Shown one piece after another: positions 25,722 through 33,306 of a stretch of 64,000 bases of DNA (position 1 is its first letter; every line of letters starts with the position of its first letter). The notes under the pieces are model-generated. The model was given only the letters and a program-made list of their open reading frames with translations. It did no database searches and had not been told where the DNA came from. The DNA comes from an uncultured Gammaproteobacteria bacterium. Lineage in GTDB: Bacteria; Patescibacteriota; Patescibacteriia; JAHIZJ01. A program made the translations under genes and the position numbers. The stretch spans positions 69,989 through 133,988 of the forward strand of contig CAZQLY010000001.1 of the NCBI GenBank assembly GCA_964594455.1. Direction: 5' to 3'.

Positions 25722-26882
25722 ATGAAAACTGACACAATACAACAAAATACTCCGAGTGGATGGAAACTCAAAAAATTGAGTGATGTTTTGGATTATGAAC
25801 GACCAGATGCCTATATTGTAAAAAGTACAAGCTACAACGACAAAGCAAAGACCCCAGTGCTTACCGCAAACAAATCCTTTATCTTGGGATATACAGATGA
25901 GGATTTCGGAATTTATAAAAATGTTCCTGCAATAATTTTTGATGATTTTACCACTGACAGCAAGTTTGTAGATTTTCCGTTTAAGGTTAAGTCTTCAGCG
26001 ATTAAAATCTTAAAAGAAAAAAATAAAGAGATAGATCTGCGATTTGTATTTGAAAAAATGAAGTCAGTGAATTTCCCTACAGGAAGTCATAAGCGTTTCT
26101 ATATTTCGCAGTATCAAAATTTAGACATAACAGTTCCCCCGATCAAAGAACAGCAAAAGATTGCAGAGATATTGGGAGGAGTTGATGAGGATATTGCGAA
26201 GACGCAGGAAGTGATTGAGGCGACCGAGAAGCTCAAGCGCGGATTGATGCAACAGCTTTTTACTCGCGGGATTGGGCATACAAAGTTCAAAGATACAGAG
26301 ATTGGAGAGATTCCAGTAGAATGGAAGTTGGAACAATTAAGAGATGTGGCTGATTTTATAAACGGAAAAGCACACGAAAGAGATATTACTGAATATGGTC
26401 ATTATGTTGTTATCAACTCAAAATTTATTTCTACAAATGGAGAGGTTGCAAAACGTTCAGATAAAAATTTGATCCCATTAAGTATTGGGGATATTGCAAT
26501 GGTAATGAGCGATGTCCCTAATGGCAAGGCGATTGCAAAATGTTTTTATGTTTTAGAAAATAATAAGTATACCCTGAATCAGAGAATCTGCTCACTTCGT
26601 GCAAAAAATATCTATAGTAGATTTTTGTATTATGTCGTAAACAGAAATCAATATTTTCTTAAACATGACGACGGAGTTGGACAAACAAATTTAAGAAAAG
26701 ATGAAGTGTTAAACTGCCCCGTCCAAGTTCCGCCAATTAAAGAACAGAAAAAGATCGTCAGAATTATTGAAGCTGTCGATGAAAAGATTTTGATTAATAA
26801 GAAATTAAAAGAAAAACTTACCCAACTCAAAAAAGGCCTGATGCAGGATCTTTTAAGTGGGATGAAGAGAGTAAAAATATGA
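25722..26882 (+). CDS. hsdS: Type I restriction-modification system specificity subunit HsdS
   Basis: Two target-recognition-domain halves, each followed by a conserved 'PPIKEQ(Q/K)KI..IL..VDE.I' repeat (residues ~139 and ~334). Gene position between hsdM and hsdR. Confidence 0.85.
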   Translation: MKTDTIQQNTPSGWKLKKLSDVLDYERPDAYIVKSTSYNDKAKTPVLTANKSFILGYTDEDFGIYKNVPAIIFDDFTTDSKFVDFPFKVKSSAIKILKEKNKEIDLRFVFEKMKSVNFPTGSHKRFYISQYQNLDITVPPIKEQQKIAEILGGVDEDIAKTQEVIEATEKLKRGLMQQLFTRGIGHTKFKDTEIGEIPVEWKLEQLRDVADFINGKAHERDITEYGHYVVINSKFISTNGEVAKRSDKNLIPLSIGDIAMVMSDVPNGKAIAKCFYVLENNKYTLNQRICSLRAKNIYSRFLYYVVNRNQYFLKHDDGVGQTNLRKDEVLNCPVQVPPIKEQKKIVRIIEAVDEKILINKKLKEKLTQLKKGLMQDLLSGMKRVKI

Positions 26883-27562
26883 AAGATGATATGGAGAAAA
26901 AATGGGAACAAAATCATTTGACTCTTTGGCAGGATGATTCCTCACGAATAGAAGAATTCTTCAAACGATTTGGTGTAGAAATGTCGCAATCCTATAATAA
27001 TCTTTTCAATCTGGATTATGATTTCATCCAGCCAGCTATTTATCTAATTGGGAAAATTGAGAAGGTCATAGAGGTATGCGATTTTTTGAACTCTCTTGCG
27101 AAAAATAATCATGATGACGTTGATAAGATTAAAATATTTTATTTAGTTTCACATGCCGAAATTATTATCAATACTTTTACCGCAAATTCGGCCGGTATGA
27201 ATAAAAGTGATTTAGTTGATTCCTTTTTTGAGCCCGTTAAGGATAAATTACAGTATACCTTGCAGCTCACGAGTGAGGATACGAATAAATTAAGCAAAAT
27301 GAATCAACAAATTACTCCAAGCAGGATATTGTACAAATTGCGCAACGAATATGCTCATCAGGGTAATTTTACGGGTAAGATTTTTAAATTGCTCACAGAT
27401 GAAGAAAAGGTATCCAACCTATTTTCGTTCGATTGGGATATCCCGAAAGCACAACCGCTTGATGTTTGTGGTCTAACAAGATTAACATACGATCAGTTTC
27501 TTCATATATATTTTTCAGCTTTTAAGTGGCATTTTGAAGACTATATAAAAAAACATTCATGA
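26879..27562 (+). CDS. hypothetical protein with a HEPN-like R-x4-H motif, embedded between hsdS and hsdR
   Basis: 'KLRNEYAHQG' fits the Rx4-6H HEPN signature. ATGA overlaps with both hsdS and hsdR. Otherwise no recognised motif. Confidence 0.3.
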   Translation: MKDDMEKKWEQNHLTLWQDDSSRIEEFFKRFGVEMSQSYNNLFNLDYDFIQPAIYLIGKIEKVIEVCDFLNSLAKNNHDDVDKIKIFYLVSHAEIIINTFTANSAGMNKSDLVDSFFEPVKDKLQYTLQLTSEDTNKLSKMNQQITPSRILYKLRNEYAHQGNFTGKIFKLLTDEEKVSNLFSFDWDIPKAQPLDVCGLTRLTYDQFLHIYFSAFKWHFEDYIKKHS

Positions 27563-30477
27563 AATTTAACGAACAGGTAACAGTAGAAAATTATATTATC
27601 AAGTTTATTCAAAATAAGCTTGGTTATGAATACGTTAAGCCAGAGGAATTTGCTAAATACCGTGATCTTGAGAGTGAATATATTATCACCCCACTTTTAG
27701 AGAATGCTATTAAGAACCTCAATCAAGATATTACAGAAAATGAAATTAAAAATGTCATTCGCGAAGTCAAAAAGATTGATACAAATCAAGGTTTCCTAGA
27801 GGCCTTGAGAAACGGAGTTAACTTAAAAAATCCCAAGACAGGCAAGAAGCACGATTATAAATTACTTGATTTTGAGAATCCTGAGAATAATCAATTTGTC
27901 GTTACCAATCAATTTTATTTCGAGGGCGACAGTGAGAATATTCGACCTGATGTTATGATTTTTGTTAACGGATTGCCACTTGTGGATATTGAAGCAAAGA
28001 GCCCGACTGCCTCAGAGGGTGTCAGCTTTGAGAATGGAATGGATCAGATTAAGCGATACGAAAAGGTAGCCCGAAAATTATTCATTCCAAATTGTTTTAA
28101 TATTGCTAGTGACGGACTTAAAACGGTATATGGCGCGACTGGCGCACCGAAACAGTACTTTTTTCAATGGCGCGATGAGGATAAAGAAAAAGAGATGGGT
28201 GGCGAACTTGAGATGACCTTGTTTGCACTTTTAGCAAAGGAAAATTTCTTGGATATTGTGCAGAATTTTATACTGTTCGAAAAAGAGAAAGAAATGCTCG
28301 TGAAGAAAATTACTCGATATCAACAAATGCGTGCGACGAATAAGATTGTCGAGCGAGTGGTGAATAAGGAAAAGCGACAAGGTTTAATTTGGCACACACA
28401 AGGTTCAGGTAAGACATTAACCATGTTTTTCACTGCGTGGAAATTACGCTTTAATAAATTGTTGAATAATCCAAAGGTTTTTATTTTGGTTGACCGAGTT
28501 GATTTAGATGATCAGATATTTGAAACGTTTACTAACGCCGGGGGTAAAAATGTCATTCGTGTTATTTCCCGAAAAGATTTAGAAGAGAAGATTCAGTCCC
28601 CAATGAGTGGTATATTTATCACTACCATTCAAAAATTTTCAGAACTCGGTAGCAAGGTAGAAAATTTAGAAGAGAATGTGATTATTCTTTCTGATGAAGC
28701 ACACCGCGGTGATGAGGGAGTGTCAGGTATTAATATGCGTAACGCATTTAAAAAAGCGTTTTTCTTCGGGTTTACTGGTACGCCAATCGATAAAACGCAT
28801 ACAAATACATTTCGCAATTACGAAGGTGAGGGTAAGCGCTATCTTGATTATTATTCCATTCAGCAGGCAATTGATGATGGCGCGACCATTCCCGTTACCT
28901 ATGAAGCGCGGTTGTCTAAGTTTTCTATTGATGAGGAAAAGTTAGATCAGCAGTTTGATGAGATTGCTGGTGATCTTTCAGATAAGCACAAAACTGAATT
29001 GGTAAAGAAATATGGAAAGAAGGCAGCACTTGTGAAACTACCAAAACGTATGGAGGCAATAGCACGTGATATAGTGGAGCATTATAAACTATATATAGAA
29101 CCGAATGGCTTTAAGGCGCAAGTTGTGGCTTACGATCGTGAAGCTGTTGCTGGGTATAAAAAGTTACTTGATGAATTAGTGCCAGCTGAATGGTCTGCCG
29201 TGGTGTATTCGCCCGGTGATCCCAACAGTGATGCCGATGATCTGAAGGCGTATAACACGAGCAAAAACGAGAGAGAGAAGATTATTGAACGATTTAAAGA
29301 TCCGAAATCTCCTCTTAAATTTCTTTTAGTCTGTGATATGTTGCTGACTGGTTTTGATGCACCTGTTGAACAAGTAATGTACCTGGATAAACCACTCCGC
29401 GATCATAATTTATTGCAAGCGATCGCGCGAACGAACAGGGTTTACAATAAAAAAAAGGAAGCGGGAAAAATCATTGATTATTATGGGATAACTAGGAACT
29501 TATACGATGCGCTTGATTTTGATGAGGATATAGTCGATTCCGCGATGATTGATATAGATAGAGTCAAGCAAAGGTTCACTGATGTGTTGGATGATGTCAT
29601 GAAGATTTTCACTGGGGTCAATATTGAGGACCCTTCAATGGATAATTTGCGGCGTTGTTTAAAAATTTTCATTGATAATCAAGATAAGCAAAAATATTTT
29701 GTCGAAAAATATACGAAACTTAAGAGCTTATTTGAATTTTTATCGCCAGATCCATTCTTGAAACAGTATGTCCGCAAGTTTGAATGGCTCACCAGTTTTT
29801 ATCTAGCTTTTTTGAAAGAATATCGTAGTGAAGAGGATAGATATTTACTGGAAGAATATGGTGAAAAAGTAAAAGAACTGATTCAAAAGAGTGATATTAT
29901 TGACTACGAAGGTATAACTAAGAATTTTCGGGAGCTCAAGGTCAATGAATTGTATACCCTTGAACGTCTCAAAGGCATGGACGACGAGGAAAAGGCGCTC
30001 AATTTGGAGAAAATGCTTAAGCAGGAAATTTCTATTAAACTTGATGAAGATCCTGCCTTCCAAAAGTTTAGCGAGCGCCTCACGGCAATACGGCGAGAGT
30101 TCGAACAAAATCAAATTGATCTTGCTGAGAGGATTCGCAGATATGAGGAATTAATGAAAGATATTAAATCTAAAGGTGATGAAGCCAAGGAGCTAGGGCT
30201 TGATCTAAAAGAATATGCACTATATGTGATCTCTCAGGAGTTTGCTAGTGATAAAGAGGTGGATGTTATTAAAGAGTTCGTTAGAGAGTTACGCGTTCGT
30301 ATTGAGGATGATCTAGACGCTGGTTGGCAAGATTCTTCAAAACGCGACGTATTTATTAAGGATATCAAACAAACCTTGCAAGAATTGATTTTAAAAGACT
30401 ATAAAGGCCGACTGAAGGTTAAAGATTTTCCAAAATTCATGAATAGACTTGTAGATATCATTATCAAGAAATTCTAA
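27559..30477 (+). CDS. hsdR: Type I restriction enzyme endonuclease/helicase subunit HsdR
   Basis: SF2 helicase motif I 'TQGSGKTLTMFF' and motif II 'LSDEAHRG'. 972 aa. Gene position after hsdS. Confidence 0.9.
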   Translation: MKFNEQVTVENYIIKFIQNKLGYEYVKPEEFAKYRDLESEYIITPLLENAIKNLNQDITENEIKNVIREVKKIDTNQGFLEALRNGVNLKNPKTGKKHDYKLLDFENPENNQFVVTNQFYFEGDSENIRPDVMIFVNGLPLVDIEAKSPTASEGVSFENGMDQIKRYEKVARKLFIPNCFNIASDGLKTVYGATGAPKQYFFQWRDEDKEKEMGGELEMTLFALLAKENFLDIVQNFILFEKEKEMLVKKITRYQQMRATNKIVERVVNKEKRQGLIWHTQGSGKTLTMFFTAWKLRFNKLLNNPKVFILVDRVDLDDQIFETFTNAGGKNVIRVISRKDLEEKIQSPMSGIFITTIQKFSELGSKVENLEENVIILSDEAHRGDEGVSGINMRNAFKKAFFFGFTGTPIDKTHTNTFRNYEGEGKRYLDYYSIQQAIDDGATIPVTYEARLSKFSIDEEKLDQQFDEIAGDLSDKHKTELVKKYGKKAALVKLPKRMEAIARDIVEHYKLYIEPNGFKAQVVAYDREAVAGYKKLLDELVPAEWSAVVYSPGDPNSDADDLKAYNTSKNEREKIIERFKDPKSPLKFLLVCDMLLTGFDAPVEQVMYLDKPLRDHNLLQAIARTNRVYNKKKEAGKIIDYYGITRNLYDALDFDEDIVDSAMIDIDRVKQRFTDVLDDVMKIFTGVNIEDPSMDNLRRCLKIFIDNQDKQKYFVEKYTKLKSLFEFLSPDPFLKQYVRKFEWLTSFYLAFLKEYRSEEDRYLLEEYGEKVKELIQKSDIIDYEGITKNFRELKVNELYTLERLKGMDDEEKALNLEKMLKQEISIKLDEDPAFQKFSERLTAIRREFEQNQIDLAERIRRYEELMKDIKSKGDEAKELGLDLKEYALYVISQEFASDKEVDVIKEFVRELRVRIEDDLDAGWQDSSKRDVFIKDIKQTLQELILKDYKGRLKVKDFPKFMNRLVDIIIKKF

Positions 30478-30481
30478 TACA

Positions 30482-31021
30482 ATGACTAATCGCATTACCT
30501 ATACCGTAAAAAGAAGCAAGCGAGCAAAACTAATGCGTCTCGCGGTGTATTGTGATGGTCGGGTTGTAGTAACTGCCCCTATAAATATTCAGGAGTCAAT
30601 AATTCAAAAAATCGTACGGGAGAAGAGTCAATGGTTAGTCCAAAAGATAGATTTTTTTGCACAATTTAAAAATCAACCGATAGCTCGATATAGTAGAAAT
30701 CATTTTCTACAACACAAGGAGAGTGCTCACGAGTTTGTGTCATCGCGCCTAGCCAATCTAAACAAAAAATATGGTTATAATTATAATCAAATTAACATAA
30801 AAAATCAGAAAACTCGCTGGGGTAGTTGTTCAAAAAAAGGAAATTTGAATTTTAATTATAAAATAAAGTTTTTACCAACAAAATTGGCCGACTATATTAT
30901 TGTGCATGAGCTTTGTCATTTGAAAGAGTTTAACCATTCGCGTAAATTTTGGAACCTAGTTGGTAGAACTTTTGCAAATTATAAGGACATCAGAAAGGAA
31001 ATGGTCGCATGGAGAGTGTAA
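30482..31021 (+). CDS. DUF45/YgjP-like (M48-related) zinc metallopeptidase
   Basis: 'IIVHELCHLKEFNHSRKFWNL' is the HExxH...NHS..FW signature of DUF45. The family is frequently hsdR-linked. Confidence 0.75.
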   Translation: MTNRITYTVKRSKRAKLMRLAVYCDGRVVVTAPINIQESIIQKIVREKSQWLVQKIDFFAQFKNQPIARYSRNHFLQHKESAHEFVSSRLANLNKKYGYNYNQINIKNQKTRWGSCSKKGNLNFNYKIKFLPTKLADYIIVHELCHLKEFNHSRKFWNLVGRTFANYKDIRKEMVAWRV

Positions 31022-31383
31022 ATATAATTAATATTATATTTAATGGAATTAATGAGGGCAAAAAAGAAGCGGCCCAGATTTTGTGGGATATACTTATATC
31101 ATTTTTTCACCAGTACATATTATTCTTTTTAGCGATTGTAATTAGTCTATTGATTTTTTCTTTTACCAAAGCCGTACTCGGTAGGTGGGGCATGCTCGGA
31201 AGTGTGCTTTATAATATATTGTATTTTGGGATTTTATTTATTGTGGGTTCAATTTGGGGACCCAGTATATTTGTAAGCAATTATTTTCATCTTGCTTGCA
31301 CAGTAGTATTGTATCCTATTTGTTATCAGATAGTGGGTTTTATTCTAAATACAACAGGACTTCGGAGAAGCTATGCTCAATAA
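31009..31383 (+). CDS. hypothetical membrane protein
   Basis: 124-aa ORF with 3-4 hydrophobic helices. Confidence 0.3.
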   Translation: MESVNIINIIFNGINEGKKEAAQILWDILISFFHQYILFFLAIVISLLIFSFTKAVLGRWGMLGSVLYNILYFGILFIVGSIWGPSIFVSNYFHLACTVVLYPICYQIVGFILNTTGLRRSYAQ

Positions 31384-31519
31384 TTATTCATCTTATTTTA
31401 ACCATTGGAGCGGAAGCTGTCCGTAGCGATGCATCGCAGACGACGCTCTGGTAAAACTATGTTGCCAGAGCACTTTTAAAGAAAAAGATCAGTTAATATT
31501 AATTTATTAATTAAAACCT

Positions 31520-32038
31520 ATGGAACAACTTGCTACTAACACCACTACTTGGTATGTCATTTTGCCAATCATGCTTATCATGCTGGCAGGAATTATTTGG
31601 TTTATCATTGGGTTGAAGACAGTCATTTGGAAAAAGGTTGTTATGATATTATTGGGATTTTTTTCTTTTATTGGATTCTCGGCAGTTTTATTGAGTGTTT
31701 ATTATCAGACCAGCACTGTTTTTTCCGGATCATTTGATTTATACGCTTATTCAGTCTTTGCTCCTGAGCGGGATCCTTTTGATATTCCTGAAGGGGATTA
31801 TGATACTGTCTTGGCTACCTTTGGAGTGTATAAGGAAAATGGAGAATTAAAAGTTATGCGTGTGCCAAATTCTTCTACTCAGTATGGAGCCTATCTATTT
31901 AGTCCTGGCAAATGGATGGTGGTTGATGTAAATGATGATGTTATTACTCTCTCGGAATCCGAGCCAAATATAACTGAGATGTCTTTTTGGTGGGCAATGA
32001 CTAAAGATTTGTACAACCTTAAAGTGTCAGTAGAGTAG
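31520..32038 (+). CDS. hypothetical membrane-anchored protein
   Basis: Two N-terminal TM helices followed by a soluble domain. Followed by a terminator. Confidence 0.35.
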   Translation: MEQLATNTTTWYVILPIMLIMLAGIIWFIIGLKTVIWKKVVMILLGFFSFIGFSAVLLSVYYQTSTVFSGSFDLYAYSVFAPERDPFDIPEGDYDTVLATFGVYKENGELKVMRVPNSSTQYGAYLFSPGKWMVVDVNDDVITLSESEPNITEMSFWWAMTKDLYNLKVSVE

Positions 32039-32055
32039 TTAAGTTATTATTTAAT

Positions 32056-32092
32056 AAAAAAAGCCCATCTGAAGAAATGATGGGTCTTTTTG
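32056..32092 (+). terminator. rho-independent terminator
   Basis: AAAAAGCCCATC-tgaagaaat-GATGGGTCTTTTT hairpin followed by a T-run. Confidence 0.55.
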
Positions 32093-32172
32093 AGCTGAGC
32101 TAAAGATTCTGGAAGTTTCAGGAATGAAAAGTCTTGTAACTAATAATGGTTATAATGTGGTATCATTTAAAT

Positions 32173-32406
32173 ATGAATATGTCAATACCAAAAGAGCTAG
32201 AAATAAAGGTAATAACGAATGCCAAAGCAGTGTCGGTTGAAGAGAAAGACGGGATTTATATAGTCCGTCTAACCAGCCAGCCGGAAAAAGGCCAAGCCAA
32301 CAAGCAGCTGATAAAAGTGATGTCAGACCATCTAAGAATCCCTAAGTCTAGGATAAAAATTAAATCAGGCCAGACCAGCCGGCGCAAGAAGCTGCTTGTA
32401 TTTTGA
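32173..32406 (+). CDS. DUF167 (YggU-like) protein
   Basis: 'GQANKQLIKVMSDHLRIPKSRIKIKSGQTSRRKKLLV' matches the DUF167 family pattern. The start could instead be 32146. Confidence 0.5.
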   Translation: MNMSIPKELEIKVITNAKAVSVEEKDGIYIVRLTSQPEKGQANKQLIKVMSDHLRIPKSRIKIKSGQTSRRKKLLVF

Positions 32407-32457
32407 TTTACGAGCCTATTTATGCTATTCTATCTTTAGATTATTAAGCCCAAAAAC

Positions 32458-32829
32458 ATGGCTGATACCAAGAAAATTTTATTTATCGAGGACGAAAAAG
32501 AGGTAGTAGAGGCTTTTGCTGAGCGGTTTAAACAGCACAATGTTGAAGTTATCTCAGCCGGAGATGGCCAGGAGGGGCTCAAGCTGGCTGAAGAACAAAA
32601 ACCGGATCTTATCCTGCTGGATTTGATCTTGCCCAAGATGCATGGTTTTGAATTTTTGGAAAAGTTGCGATCAGACGAAAGTTTAAAAGATACTCCGGTC
32701 ATTGTCTTGTCCAATTTGGGAGGAGAGCTGAATGTGACCAAGGCCAAAGACTTGGGTGTCAAAGATTATTTAGTTAAGACCGAAACAAAAGTTGACCAGA
32801 CGGTTGAGAAAATAGTTAATCAATTATAA
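32458..32829 (+). CDS. single-domain response regulator (CheY-like receiver)
   Basis: 'KILFIEDEKEV', phospho-acceptor 'DLILLDLILPKMHG', 'VIVLSNLG'. Confidence 0.75.
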   Translation: MADTKKILFIEDEKEVVEAFAERFKQHNVEVISAGDGQEGLKLAEEQKPDLILLDLILPKMHGFEFLEKLRSDESLKDTPVIVLSNLGGELNVTKAKDLGVKDYLVKTETKVDQTVEKIVNQL

Positions 32830-32847
32830 CCAAAAAAAGTATTCTTT

Positions 32848-33228
32848 ATGTCGAAGGCGAAGAAAAAAAAGATATTGATCATTGAAGACGAGCAAACTTT
32901 GGCCAAATCGCTCAGCGACAAGCTGACGCGCGAAGGCTATGAAGTTATCGCGGAGATTGATGGAGCCATGGGCCTGAAAAGAGTGATTGAGGAAATGCCG
33001 GATCTTGTTATCCTGGACATCATTTTGCCGGGCTTGAACGGATTGGAAGTATTGAAATCGCTAAAAGGGAGGGATAAGACAAAGAATGTTCCGGTTATTT
33101 TGGTCAGCAATGTCGATGATATGAAGAGCACTCGAGACGCCAAGAAGCTGGGTGCGGCCAATTACTTGCTCAAGTCAAATGTCACCCTGGCTAATATCAT
33201 TGAGGAGATAAAAAAACATATTAAATAA
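32848..33228 (+). CDS. single-domain response regulator (CheY-like receiver)
   Basis: 'KKILIIEDEQTLAKSL', 'DLVILDIILPGLNG', 'VILVSNVDD'. Confidence 0.75.
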   Translation: MSKAKKKKILIIEDEQTLAKSLSDKLTREGYEVIAEIDGAMGLKRVIEEMPDLVILDIILPGLNGLEVLKSLKGRDKTKNVPVILVSNVDDMKSTRDAKKLGAANYLLKSNVTLANIIEEIKKHIK

Positions 33229-33232
33229 TATC

Positions 33233-33261
33233 TTGCTAAGTGGCGTGTAATCTACTATAAT
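33233..33261 (+). promoter_or_regulatory. sigma70-like promoter upstream of ileS
   Basis: TTGCTA, 17-nt spacer, TATAAT, located 45 nt upstream of the ileS ATG. Confidence 0.4.
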
Positions 33262-33306
33262 AGTTGCACACGCTTGTTTGTTTTATTGCGTAATTATTGA
33301 TAAATA

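Noticed and set aside
25722-26882. Internal repeats in hsdS considered as a separate mobile repeat
   Set aside because: The two PPIKEQ(Q/K)KI...LMQ.L repeats are the normal conserved central and C-terminal regions that flank the two target-recognition domains of HsdS.
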